From Balanoglossus misakiensis (lineage: Eukaryota; Animalia; Hemichordata), in the NCBI GenBank assembly GCA_040954595.2, contig CM082581.2:9981099-10045098 (forward strand): DNA of 64,000 bases, in the 5' to 3' direction. The translations under genes and the position numbers were made by a program. This document shows, in pieces, positions 47,134-60,936 of this stretch (position 1 is its first letter; each line of letters starts with the position of its first letter). Below the pieces are notes generated by a model. It ran no database searches and was not told the DNA's origin. It worked only from the letters and a program-made list of their open reading frames with translations.

Positions 47134-47382
47134 CGGTTGTAATGTACATGATACATGCATGATCACACGGAAACAACTTCACGGAAACCAAGTCGCTGTG
47201 CCTATGGAACTTTCGGAACTGCGTCAGCGACTCAGCGTACGTGATTAGCGTCGTGTCCACAGGACGTTTCATTCAGTATCACACAGTCTTGGAGCAAGAC
47301 TAGGTTGTAATGTTCACATCACACGGAAGCCAAGAATCACAAGGAATCTCGTACGCTTACAACCGGAATTATACATTTTCAA

Positions 47383-49659
47383 ATGGAAAGACTTCAGAAT
47401 TGTTGGGCTGCAGCATCGTGGAATGAAGATTCGTCCGGAATAGACATAAATAGTATACTACAACGGGATATTAACGATTCATCACGGTAAACGAATAATT
47501 GGCATTGTTGACTGGTAACACAACAGTCATGACAGTAGTAGTACATGTAGTACTAGTACAATCATGGACGTCCATGGTACAATGTACTACATGTAGTATT
47601 ACTGTTATATTGTATTATAGGACCCAGATCAATGTATGATCGTAGACAGTTATACTATAGTCTGTTACTACAGTCTTAGCCCTTTTGCTGACTGTAAATG
47701 TATTGGACTGATAAACAAATACATTTTTTTCTGTTCTCTTTGATTGTAAATCTCACAGTGATGAACCTGAAGATTTGTTCACCATAGCAACAAGAGGTAT
47801 CAGTTTATCAGCTCCCTCTACTGAAAACCAAGAACCGTGTGTTGTACAACTGACATGCCAACAAAACTTTCGCATAACCACCGTTGAGACCATCAGTGAC
47901 GCCAAACACACTGAAGTCTACACAGGAACCAATGAGTACAGTGGAACGGTCAGAGGTCAAAGTGTAAAGGTTGGCGAAGATGACCCCAACAGAGCTGATG
48001 TCTTGTATCAAGGTGAATGGAGATTTGAAAAACCAGTCACGCAGTGTGCGGTTAAGGTATACACCCAACTTACTTGCAGTTGTTTGTGGTTATTATAGTC
48101 AGGCTTTTTTCAGTTTTGGCCATGATATCTGTGTCAAATCAAGGAAATGTCAGTTTCACTATAAGTGATCACTTCTGAGATCAGAAGAGAAATTGTTAAA
48201 ACTGACATTCCCTTGTGCGGATGTTAACACCATGTTTTTCTGCTGGAGTTCTTTTCTGATTTCGAAATTGAAAACAAGAGTAGCTTGTAGAACCAGACAT
48301 CAGCACGAGAGAATCTGACATTAAGATTTGGATTTTCTCTGCTTTTTCAGTTTTTATCTCTGAAGGATAAACACCACATGAAGTTATACCGCGTCAGGGT
48401 TGCATTGGAGCAATCACGAGAATGTGAGTCGAGACACGGAGTTGGCATTCTGCCAAACCAGCCTACAATAGACATGGCCCAAGTCAGAGACTTACTGGGT
48501 GCAATGAATCACGACACAGATGAGAAATCCGAACAGCTGATGTCATCGATAGAAGAGTATCAAAAGGTGAAAATATGGTGTCTTGTCTCTGCTTTTCTTG
48601 ACACTGTTCAAGTGTTGCTAACGTACAGATAGCACAACGAAATGGATAATTAAAGAAACATGCCAGAAATATTATGGAGTACCGCATATCCTTACTGTGT
48701 ACTTGTTCCTGTTTTGCAACCAGCTTATGTAATGTTTTAAGCATATGTGACTGAGTGCTGGCATTGGCATTTCAGAATAAAAGTGCTATGTACGAAGATA
48801 TTCAGAGCCTAATGAGAGACTCGGCATCACCACAGTCAACAACACAGACCTCAGACCCTGCAAGCGGCGCCCTGGGAATGCTCTCCATGTTCAGCAAGTT
48901 GTCCCTTTTGCAAGGGAAGCAGTTTGGGAACACGGCGGCTACAGAGGCGAGCCCGGAAACTGATAACAACGAAGCCATGTTTTCCATGATGAGGAACATC
49001 TGTGGAGAAGTCACACGGATGAGGGAAAACAGCAGCAAGAGAGATTTAACAAAAGAAGAAGCCGGCAGCCATAATATCAAAGACACCCTGAATGAGGCTG
49101 TGGCTGTCAGGTATGAGGTTTATAAATTTCAATGACTTGTTTGTCCAGTACAATGTACTTGGGGAAAAATGAAATATACAGAACATGAAAGTTTATTAAT
49201 ATTTCATTTTTCACAAATTTGTAACTTGCCAATCCCAGAATTCAGCCAAAATGAATGCAATTACAAACCCTTCATCATTTGTGGTCCATCAAGATTTGGA
49301 ACTGATGAGAGATATTCTTTATCAAAACACAGAAGGCAGAAAAAAATGTTAAAGAAAATTAAAGCCAAGAGTGTTTTGATTGTTACAAAGCTTGTCGCGC
49401 ACTGCCAGCCTACATTTTTATTACATTTGTTTTCAATAGGGATAAACTCGCACCTGAGAGAACAGAAGATAGTCTGCTTCAAATGGAAGAGAGAGAGAGG
49501 CTGATGGAGAGGATCGAGGAGGCTGAGAGGAGGATTTTAGAACATGTTGACACGAGGATATCTGCTTTGCAGAGCCACTTTGATGCACGGTTGGACACCA
49601 TGATGGCCTTGCTTGCACAGAAGATAGTTGGCAACTCAGCAGACCCACCTGTAGACTGA
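47383..49659 (+). CDS. C10orf88: ATPase PAAT (C10orf88 homolog)
   Basis: Exons 47383-47486 (AASW), 47759-48056 (EPCVVQLTC, SDAKHTEVY, EYSGTVRG, cf. human NPCFLYLRC, SSARNMEVY, EYCGTSRG), 48351-48566 (IDMAQVRDLL), 48776-49110 (MRNICGEVTRMR), 49440-49659 (ERRILEHVDTRISALQSHFDARLD). Confidence 0.88.
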
Positions 49660-50296
49660 CATGGTTCCTAACATGGCGACCAAAACAATATTTTTAGCAA
49701 CAAAACTTTTTTATCGCAGAGACCTGCCTCTTCCATTTGAACAAAAGAAAATTTTATTGACACATTTATAAGTATGTACAATAAAAAAAAAAAGACTGTC
49801 ACAAAAACTTATATTATACACACTAAAAAGCAAGGTCATGATTTATCTGTCAGTCTTGTAGACATCCCTTTTTCTATTCAAAGGGAATAAACAAGAAAAT
49901 AAATATGGAATGTTCTACGACAAAGACACCGACTTTTAAAATTGTGTTGCTTATTTTTGTTTCACAAGTTATCGATGTTGGGCAAACATGTTGACTCATT
50001 GGTTGTTGCTTCTCACCACACTATGTGACTCTTGACTAGGTCAAAATAATAGGATGGGATTGAACTACTATGATGGAGAAGGGGTCGCATTCAATTTAGC
50101 AATACAGTAAATGGCATCCTATGTTTTTATGCAAGTCAACAAAATGTATAGTGAAACACAGACTGATTGATGAGAAACACACACTTTGCATTTCAAGGCA
50201 AAAGCATATGAATTTCACTAATATAGCATAGAGCTCTATGATTTGTAAATTATCCTTCACATGAGTGCGTGTGTAGTGATTGCATCACCTGCTGCA

Positions 50297-51064
50297 TCAA
50301 TCCAAGGCTGATGCTGCGATGTCGCCAAGGGATTCAATTTCTCTTGCTCCTTGCGTCGTCAGCTCGTCGCTCAGTTGCCAAACTCGGACCACACCACTGC
50401 CATCACCCGTGGCTAACAACTGACGTCTGAAAATAAGAAAATCATAATCTGATTTTAAAATATCTGCCAGAAAAGAATCAGGTTTCAACATCATAATGGG
50501 TGAACGACCGTGTTGTTGTTTTTAAGAGGCAATGTGATGTTGGTATTTGTGTGGTTATACAAACACAAAATAAACATGATCTTGAAATTAACTGTATCAT
50601 TGTATGCCAAAACAATAAATGTATGCAAAATTAAAAGAACAAAAACACAGAATAAGGTATGAATTTCAAATACAGTATGATGTAAGGACTGATATGTTGG
50701 ACTAATTTCCATATGGTCTGCGCACTTGTTTAGGCATAGCAGAAAACTAAACCTGCGAGAAATAACATTTCACAGGTTGAGACAGGAATTACCCAGTACT
50801 CAATCAACCATCTCTTTTAATAATACAGCAGAAAAGAACATGAATGCATGTACAGTATATTGTGATCCTCAGTCATGATTAAGTCCTCTGTAAGTAACAC
50901 ATCTGTACACCAGGAAGTTCATTTTTGTTTACCTCATATACCATCAAAACTGGTGTATACAACAACACATCAACCAAGATCAATGACTGTGTAAAAACTG
51001 TCATAAAAACAGTGTTACAAGTCAAGAGTATGGCGAGCACAAACAGTGATACCAATACCTTGTT

Positions 51065-51097
<33 letters not shown>

Positions 51098-54000
51098 AGA
51101 TCAATATTTTATCCCAAAAGTTACAAATTTATATTTATACAATAGCATGGCTGACTTCTTTCAATAGTTTTGATTAGTTTTGATGTCAAACTGTTGAACT
51201 CAAACCAGTGACCAATTTTAGCCCCAACATTGAACTGTATTGCAACTCAAATCAAAAGAAATAATTTGCAAACAGAGAAAGCATAACAATTGAATATTGG
51301 ATGTGTGGTCTGCAAAGTTAAAACATAAAGACAAGAGAGGCTGTCGGCAGTCTGTGATGTGCTGTGAAGTGTCAGTTCCGTGCTGTGCTGTTAATGTACG
51401 TGGTGCAGTGTGATGCACTACAACAGTACTGAAAAGCACACATATCAAAAACCATGCAACCATGCAGGTGGTGTTGAATTGCACACAAAAGTAAACCTGT
51501 GCTGAAACCTAAAATGTACGAGAATCGGTGTATTTCAAACATAAATCTTTGCATTTTTACATATTTTTCTTTCTGTAAGTCTGATGAATTACTGGTAAAT
51601 ATATTGAGCAGGCATTATATGTCTGTGCAACAAACAATATACATGTAGTCATGAATAAGTGAAGAAATCTGATTAGCCCTGTCACACAAGCCAAACCAAC
51701 CCCAACCACCACTATTATCATAATTAAAGACACAGGTAAGCGCTGTTAAAATGAAGACATGCTCTCACACAGTCACACAGCCATGCAAATTTGGCAGACA
51801 TGCTTTAAAGGCTATAGAATTAGACTGCAGTCCACACTCAACATGCTGAGCACATGCATGGGTCCCCCCCCCCCTGGTGATAGGTAATATTCCCAGTTTA
51901 GCTAGGCCTGAAAGAGACAGTAGTGACATATCCCAGCCTTAACATAACACTTCTAGCCGCTAAAAAGCTGTCAAAACATCAAAATTATTTCAACCAGCAA
52001 GGTTTAATGTACATTTACCCATTTAAACTGCCTAGTCACACAAGATCTCACAGTATCTTGTGAAAGTTTGGAACACAACAGTCTCTTAGCAAAACATTTG
52101 TGAGGTATACTACCAGACATGTAAGTATTAATGTAACGTCCCGAATTGAAAAGATGGATTTTTAACAGTCCACTGATTCACCAGGTATAACAGATATTTA
52201 CTGGTGGATTGTTTTAGTCATGTGCATCGTGGTTTCAGTGTTGCCAACTTCTTGAATTTGTTTATCAAATTAGTGCAAATGACAAATAAACATTAAAAAA
52301 GGCATAAAAAACACCATCACCACAACAGCATTTGGATATAGGACAGAACATTTTTTTATTACGTTTACGGCCAAACAGATTCCACCTTTTTTACTTACTC
52401 ATTCCAATTCTCGCTTTTCCCAACTCTGTAAACGAATAACAATTAGTGGTCGACATGTTAGTGTTATGGGGGCATTAGTCAAAAAATAATAAATTCATCC
52501 CAGAGACTTCAAGTGATATTATGAATGATTTGGGTGATTAATGTCTTGGGGTTTCTGTGCACGCTTACATTATACATTAGTCGGGGTATTCAAACACACA
52601 GTGGAGGTTCACTGTACCGGTCAGTACAGTTTTATTGGACCACTGACACCCAAGGTTACTTCTCTCCGGCCAAACCTCCATCATATCACACTTGTGAGTC
52701 CATGCGTATGCGAAACCCTTAGAATTCTTCATGCCATCATGCTGCTGTTTGCAACCTCTTCTCTTCAAAAGTCATTGCTGCATGCAGGTACAAGGTGCGA
52801 TAACCTGAATTAAGTACCAAATCTTGATAAACTGATGATTTCTTTCAATTTCAGATTTTTTACAGCCCGATTGTATATTCCTCACATCGGTGCTTGCAAA
52901 TAATACAATGATGATCTTCACTCCTTTCTGCTGGTAGTGTATACTGTGCACTCCATCACCATATTTACAAGATGACATCACGAATGATGAATGATACACA
53001 TGTGAGTCACACGACCATGGGGAACAAAAACATTTCCAACGCATCAAACAGAACGCTTCATACACCTGTCATCTGATATGAACCATATCAACATGGTACG
53101 CGTGAATATGTATAAAATGTTATGAATCCAAGATGTGGGTGCTGGAGTGTGACGCTGAAATGAAACACCCCAAAAATATGCAACTGTCACCATGACAACA
53201 TTATGGTTGCTATGGAAAAAATGACATGGACTTTAACCAGGGGTGTACTGCTGCGAATGAATCATAATTTTATGTTTGTGATGATTTGCCTATATTTTTA
53301 TATAATGTCTCATAATCTTTTCTTTGACTTACTGGTTTTGGTTGAATTCCAGAGTGAAGACGGCGTCCCTGTCAGTGCTGGCTTGCAGGGTGTACACGGG
53401 GTTGATTTTACTCGTCTTCAAATCATAGATGAGGAGGTGGCCTTCTCCTGTAACCACAGCAAACACCAGCGGACGGACCGGCGACCACTTGGCAGCAAAC
53501 AGATAGCCTAAACCTGGCTCTATACTCAGAATAGGCTTATCCTGTAGAGAGTGGAGAAGCAAAAGTTATTATGATAATAACATTTGCATAAATAAATTTG
53601 AGGTTTGGAAAATGAGTGGGCAAAAATTATCCTTGCATGGAAAAATGCTACTAGTGCTAGAGTGAACATATTCCACTGTTCAAGATCTCGATATCATCTG
53701 ACCTGAAGCATACTGTAAATCCTTGCTGTAGTGTCAGTGCCACAGGACAGCAGCAAGTTTCTGTGATAAGGTGAGCAGTCCACAGCGTAGACAGGTCCGT
53801 GGTGGGGTTGAAAGGAAAAGGTCACGGGCGACCGCAAAGGAATGGACGACTCCACATTTGCACCAGCGGCCGAACCTCTTGCGTTCATGGAACACTTGAA
53901 GATGCCGCCAGATTCGGAACCAATCACAAACAGGGACCGGTCTTCGTGCGCGTATGATATACACGTGACTGTGAAATCAGTGAAACAAAAAGAAATTTAT

Positions 54001-56483
54001 CATTTTTACTAAGCTCAACGCTGTCTGCAAACAAGAGGCCAACCTTAACACACTGCTTTCCATCTACTAGGGCAACAAGAGTGCAAAATCCATGACTACA
54101 AAAATATTACACTATTACTGGCCCATTTGCCTTCAATGACAAGTTCAGTACACAACAGAAAGGCCCATTGTACAGACCTCCCATTTCAGCATTGCCTCCA
54201 ACCCTGGCCTTTCTCATGACATCCCTGGGCATGCTCTCTGTCAGCAGAATGAAACCCTCCGTCAACTCCAGACTTCCCTTGCGTCGGTTCACCTGCCATA
54301 TCAGGATCTTACCATCGCTGCTCACACTGACAATCTGATGCAAGGGAACAAACAAAAATATATAGCGCCAATGGCACATTGCTCACGTTTTCAGAAGTGA
54401 TGCATGTGTGAGTAACTGACACACATAACATACACATGCAGGAATGATGACATGAAAAATGTTTACTGCTGCACAACAACACTGTGATCCCCTCAAAATA
54501 CACAATAATATATATTTTCCTGTCAGTATATATCTTACATTGTATTTCTTTCCCTTTGATGATGGATCTTCAATCCATCTCAACTTGGAAACCGGTTCTC
54601 TATGCGAGTCATCCCCAATACCGGAAGTAGCAACGATTGCTTCATCTTCCCGACTTAAATCCCAAATCACTATTTCACCTGGGGAGGGAAAAAGTGAAAC
54701 CGCACAGAGAGTCAGGTTTGAAGGTCTGTTGATCGAGGACACTCTACACCATCAGTCATTCTTCACCAGAGTAGCAGGAGCAGTCTGATGATCTGAGATG
54801 GCTGAAATTCTACTACATACTTATGATCCATCAAAATTACTCCAAACTTCATCTTACCATTGAAATTTCCACCTGCAATGATTGCTGGTTTCTTGGGATG
54901 AAAAGCTATGCACATCAAGCAACACTGAAAGGACAGAAAAAAATACACAATCAGTCTTCCCTGTGGGATTGGCAAGTGCTGTCACGTAGTTGAAAATGCC
55001 TGTGTCGATACTGAACTGTACACTCTCAGCTTGCTGCCCACTCAAAGAATACACAGAACGTGAGAGAGAATTTGATCTTGATACTCACCGATAAATCTAT
55101 TGCAGCTGTCGGTTTGTGGACGTTGACTGTCCTGTCTATATTCCAAGTACACAGCACTGACTGAAAACAAAATTCATACAAGCAACATTAATACTGTCTC
55201 ATGGTGGTGAAAGGGTGGGAATAAATCAACAGAACAGAAGAAGCAATGTGAAATAATGACTACCGGAGCAATCAATTCTACAGTGACCAACCCTGTACAG
55301 ATATTGCGTCTTTACCTTGTGAGTACACCAATCCTGGTGATCGAATCTACCATAGGACACAGCTACAACCGATCCTGTAGAATTCCATGACAATCCTGTG
55401 CACTGCAACTCTCCATCAAGGCCAGCATAGGACAGCGAATGTATGCATGACACAGCATGTGTGTCTTCCTTCCAGTTGACTTCGTATCCTGTGGAGTGGA
55501 TTGAAAGTCAGTATAATTTATCTTCCATCTAAATTTGAGGATGTATAAAAGGCCATATTGAACATCCAATTAAAGGGATACAATTGTGTGTGATCAGAAG
55601 GTGCACTTACCATCAAACGCATGGCTCCTGATGTTTTTGTCTAACTGTTTGCAAACAAATGGTTCTACACGCTGCAAAAACTCACGTAACTCCTACAGAA
55701 AAAAACGGTAAATAGTATATTAACAGGGGACGTAATAGTACACTTAACACTGGGTGCTTCATCATGCCTTTAGGGAGTTGTTTTTCATAATGAAAAAAAT
55801 ACCCAAAAGCTTGCAACTGATGGAGCTATAATCTATTGCTACTTACTTCTGATTCATCATCACCTAAGTGAAATGATTTTTCCGGTTCTTCTTCTGTTTG
55901 AATCTGTTGAACAGCAAAACTTTGGAATTACATTTAGGGTTGAAGGCGAGAAAATATAACAGAAACAAGTGAAAGCGAGAACCTGCCCAAACCAGACACC
56001 AAATTAACTCTGAACAGTGAACTATTGCTTTATAAGCACAGCAGCATACATATTGGCTACAGTACCTTGACATTGACCCTGTGTATAGACTGAACTTCAA
56101 CTTCATCTGTCAATATTTCACTGGTCTGGGCAGCACTGTTTTTGAGTGACCTGTAACACAAATTCCCAAGGTCAAGATCATCTAGATAAATTCTGTATGA
56201 TTAGTCTTCCATTTGACCTCGTTATATTTGACATTTTTGGTCATGGTGTGTGTAGTGGGGCTGTAATGTCAACTGAGATGAACACGTATGTCACTACCAC
56301 ACATTAATTCCATTTTAATATAAAGTACAATGAATGTCCACATACTCAGTGATAGTACGGATACTGAATGCGGAAGTGAATAACGGTGCCCATGGTGACG
56401 ACCACGCTAATTCATTGAGCATACCTTTCTTTCTTCCACGTAGATTTGAATTCTACACTGTCAAGCTGTTCGTCTGCAAACAT
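50297..56483 (-). CDS. DYNC2I2: Cytoplasmic dynein-2 intermediate chain 2 (WDR34)
   Basis: 12 exons: 56425-56483, 56066-56150, 55847-55903, 55611-55692 (FLQRVEP...SHAFDG), 55316-55488 (SWNSTGSVVAVSYGRFDHQDW), 55089-55160, 54858-54924, 54539-54678 (HREPV), 54178-54334, 53703-53968 (HHGPVYAVDCSPYHRNL), 53333-53541 (WSPVRPLVFA), 50297-50426 (LLATGD..GVVRVWQLS). Confidence 0.93.
51063..51097. repeat. (TATC)n microsatellite
   Basis: Directly visible tandem array. Confidence 0.9.
56386..56399. promoter_or_regulatory. RFX X-box-like site in WDR34 intron 1
   Basis: GTGCCCATGGTGAC lies about 25 bp from the exon-1 donor of a ciliary gene. RFX control of ciliary genes through X-boxes is established. 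Confidence 0.45.
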
Positions 56484-59400
56484 GTTGTATTTTCAGAGTG
56501 GCCACCACTGGTTAGGCTACCACATTTCAACTGCGGTCACTCAAGAAAATACTTGTACAGTCACCTCCGTATTTTCACTTCAGCTGGTACTTCAAAATAT
56601 TCGCGCAAAGGGAATGCTGGGAAGGGTATGTGCGCCATCTCGGTTCAAAATATTGACTCCTTTTGTTTTATCGGCTACTCACGCATATAGCAGTATACGT
56701 ACATGTACAATGTATTGGGACGCATATTAGCACGATCATCGTTCTATTTGGGCTAAAAATGAAGTTATTGGCAGGAAACTGGTCTAAGTTGAAGATCTTT
56801 TGCTCGTAGAAACTCATCACTTTTGACATCTCAGCTGACAGTAACTTGAGCGCAGATAATTGTTTATGCTATTGTTCAGTTTATGTTATTAGTGAAGTTT
56901 ATTATGAAATTAAACAGTAGAAAATAAACATTCCACACAATATTAAAACACAATCAGCGACCTTAGATACTACGAACAGAAACTGTCTTGTCTGAAAACA
57001 AAGAAAGTTTCAGTCACGGATTTTACACACCAATAGTTTTTTTAATCGGATATAAAGACTTATTGTACAGTCATGTTTGTAAGTCATTCGAAATCGATAA
57101 ATAACAAAATCAGGAATTTTGGAACAATGCATTCTTGTCACGATAAAGATGTATTACCAGGCAGTGGGGAAATTGAATTAAACCGATTTGCATAAGAATG
57201 CGGGGTAATCCATCACTTGTTATAGGCGATTTATAACAAATTACTTCTGTATATACAGCACTGAAGTACAATTCAAAGCAGTCGACTCAGTTCCACGATT
57301 CGCAATTACCGTCGGATGCACGAGCGCTGAATTTTGATGAGCTCAGCAAAAGCAAAATCAGCTTAGTTATACAGGTAGTTGCCACACCTTCGAGGGAGAT
57401 AGTGACGCAAGACAGTTTTACTAGGGTTCATAAAAGCCTTGCCATGCTGTGAAGTGAGAGTACTATATTTTTTCAGCGCTTCATGGGTTAACATCTGAGA
57501 GTATCGATCTAAAACCTGAAACAAATACCGAAGGACTTTTCGACTCTTCGAGATGCGAGTTGTGGCATCCATGTAAAGGTATGTAATAGCCATGTCATTT
57601 TGTGTATATTTGGCAAACATATTTACTAGAGTCGATAAACTTGGAACCGTCGACGTGCAATATTATAAATGGCATACAGTCAACTAATTGAAAACTAGTA
57701 ATCCGCGAGAGGCATACCTCGCCGGCGATTAAGTATAGCTTACGAGAAGTGCAATTACAAGCAGATAAGTCATAGCTTTGGGGAAAGGGACAGTGTGCTT
57801 ATATTAGGTTTCTATAAATCTCGAGACCCCCCCCCCCCCCTCAGGTTGTACTTGAATTCATGTTTGCTTCGACTCAAACGCGGTTGGCAGCCACTGAAAT
57901 TTTACATGTCGGATTTCACATTTTGCCATGTTGACAGCGTTCGCTGATAATTTCCCTTGATTTTACCACACGGAGACATTTTCAAGTGTTTTCCACTCCG
58001 CGTGCTTGACACATTTCGTACTCCGGGAATAACGATGATGTATGGTTTCCGGATGAACGGCTTTGCGGCACATCAACACGTCGGTAGCCTTGGCAACCGG
58101 GACGGTAACTACTTAACAGCGGCCATTAATAATCACAAACTTTGAAACGTAATTCAAAGTTATGGGAATATGGATTGAATTTCACTGCACGTGATGATGC
58201 TTTACTACGTAAGACTCGTTTAGATACATTAGCGTGGCACATTTTCAACAGGAACTCGCTTCTCTGTTGTAAAAGCCATAATTTCGTCATTATGTACAGT
58301 CACGTGACCACCACGCGAAACAGAGACGACCAGAATACCGAATTGATCTCCACTGCCTCCTTCATTGTCCTTAGCTATACGAGTCGTAGACATCATAACC
58401 TGGCTATCCTTTTTTTCTGTTACCACGACAACAGATGATGGCCGCCATTAATATTTTACGACGGAATAATAGAATGAATGACTTAAATCAGTAAAAGGTC
58501 ATATTCGGGGTATCCCGGAATTACTGCAGTCAGAGTGCATTGAATGTGGGTTTTTTCTTTATCAATTAAACGCGGAATTGTCTCTACCAATCCTTCACGT
58601 TTTGTTTATTTCCCAACCTACCACCGGCACCATCTAGACTCGCCAGTCTGTCAATCTCTACTTAACAAGAGTGGTTCCACTTATTGCAGGCTACTTTTCC
58701 CTAAAGCGGACAAACAATGAATTACGGGCAAACATCAATTAATCGCATTGTTTAGACTTTGCCACCAACAAGGGGTTTGTTTGGGTGCGTCGACGTGGGT
58801 TGGCTAAGACCAAACAGAAATCAGAAAGGATGTCATGGATACTGATTGTTGAAATTATGTCAAAATGCGACTGAATTTACACACACCAATATTCACCAAG
58901 AGCGTCGTAGGCATGAATAATTCATCACAGAAGTAGACCCAAAAGGGTCTTTCACTTTATGGCTTGTGATAAAGTTGGCGAGAACGAAATTTAGACATTA
59001 CAGGTAGCCTAAATCTCTGTAGGTGCTCCGCCTTCGCACGGAAACTAATCTGCTTCGAGTCCACAGCTCCCGATGAAAGATATACAGCGTCCCTGACATA
59101 TGGTGTTTTAACAGACTCCCTGACAACTTGATGCTCCCCTGAAGGCCTTCACAACCGACAAAATTACTTCAGTGGTGTCATTCGCAACCCTATCAAACAA
59201 TTCGTGTTTGCCCGCTGCACCCCGGGCCCAATAGTCGTTATCCAATATTTTTGAAAAGATTCAAAAGGTATAGTGTGCTTCTAAGAGGCAAGACTTTCCC
59301 ATGATTGCGAAGTCACGTCGCCAATTTAGAGTTCAAAGTTTGAAACCGAAGAACTGTCAATATCACAGTGTGTCAATAGCCACTCTTTGGAGATCGTTAT

Positions 59401-60885
59401 TCGCCAGTTACAACAAGGTGATAAAATGTCGGCTTGAAAAACAGACGACTGGAATGAACTCGGTGTTAAATGTCGCCGAGGCAGCTCAGTATCATTCCAT
59501 ACTGGCCAGGTCTAGAATAACCCTATCCTTAAATCAATCATTCAGCGTGTTAAATCGGGTCTCCAGCGTTGCCATTGATTCTGCTGCGCGATATTGATTG
59601 TACGTATAAATGGGAGCGTTGCCTGATTAAGGGTTGCCTGGAGCCTGAAACACCGCCGCTCGGTTGAGCGCAAACGATACAGTGAGTGGTATAGACTCGG
59701 CATATATGTGTTCAGTATCATTACGACAGCGTCGCACTGCCAGGAAAACCCACGGAAAATTGCGTCAACTTTTACACCACCTGAAGACGTTCTCTCCGTC
59801 TTCTTCGACGCCGAGACGACCCTTAAGGTAAGAGAGGACACATAGCAGTCAGAAATAGCGACGTAGACTGTAATTTTTGAAGAAAAGACCACCTGTTAAT
59901 TATGGCGCGCGAAAATTCAATTTACAGTCGTCGTTCGTGATGTTTCTCTGGCGATGCACACGATCTTATGCCATTTTAATTTACAGATACAGAATCTGTA
60001 TGTTAACACCACCCGCCAGGGCGTGATTTAATAATTGACGCAGGGTAGATATCGTGTTTTGACCCCGAAAATATTTATCAACGTCCGCAGCAACCTGTCG
60101 AACTGAGCGATTTAATCAGTCTTCAGCGGACCACTATTTTTTTCAATCTTTGCATCGCAGCTCTGACATGCCCCTGTCCTCTAATGGCTAGCAAAATTTC
60201 AATCATGCATTAACCCTCGAAGGCAGTGGATTTCCATTAAGCTTTCGCGTGAGCAATTCAATTTTGAAACAGGTTGCTAAGTGGTACGGTATGTTTTAAA
60301 TTTGAACCTTGGGTGTCGTGTGTCTCCCGGCTTGGCGACCTCCCTCGTCGACTAAACATTCAAAACTAACGGCGGATACTTGCTACGTGTGGTCTCGACA
60401 TGTACATGCCCACTCTTACATATTTTAAAATCAAATCCGTGTACATGTACATTTGTAGCTAGCCATTTTAAAAAGTATTATTATATTGTATGTATTTAAA
60501 TCGGGGCAGGTGTCTTGGGATAACAGTGGATATCTGTACACGACCAGCTGAAAACACTAAGTACTAGTCCATTCCAGTGACTTGGGTACCTAAAGTATTA
60601 ATGCTATAGTTATTTTCCTTAACTGCCTTGTGACATAATGCTTCGATCTTTTAAAACGCTAAGGACGCTTGACTTCATTTTGTCCCTTATTAATTAATTA
60701 CTTTAGTTAACTGGTCAAAAGTACAGGGTGTCCGTTCCTTCCTCGTGGTGACCTGACAATTTGGTATTCGCAGGAGATTGCATAGTCCCAACAACAAGCA
60801 CAGCCGACGACGAAAGGTTTCTACCGACCAGTATTAAAAGAAGAAGAGAGAAACTGATCAGACTTCTACAAATAAAAACATCAAG

Positions 60886-60936
60886 ATGTCAGAAAGGCGC
60901 TTATCGAGGAAAGGAAGCAGCGTCAATTTGCGAAGG
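60886..60936 (+). CDS. Probable first coding exon of an unidentified gene continuing beyond the window (MSERRLSRKGSSVNLRR)
   Basis: ATG in AAG-ATG context after an A-rich leader, ending in a consensus donor AGG|GTAAGC at phase 0. No homology recognised. Confidence 0.45.
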
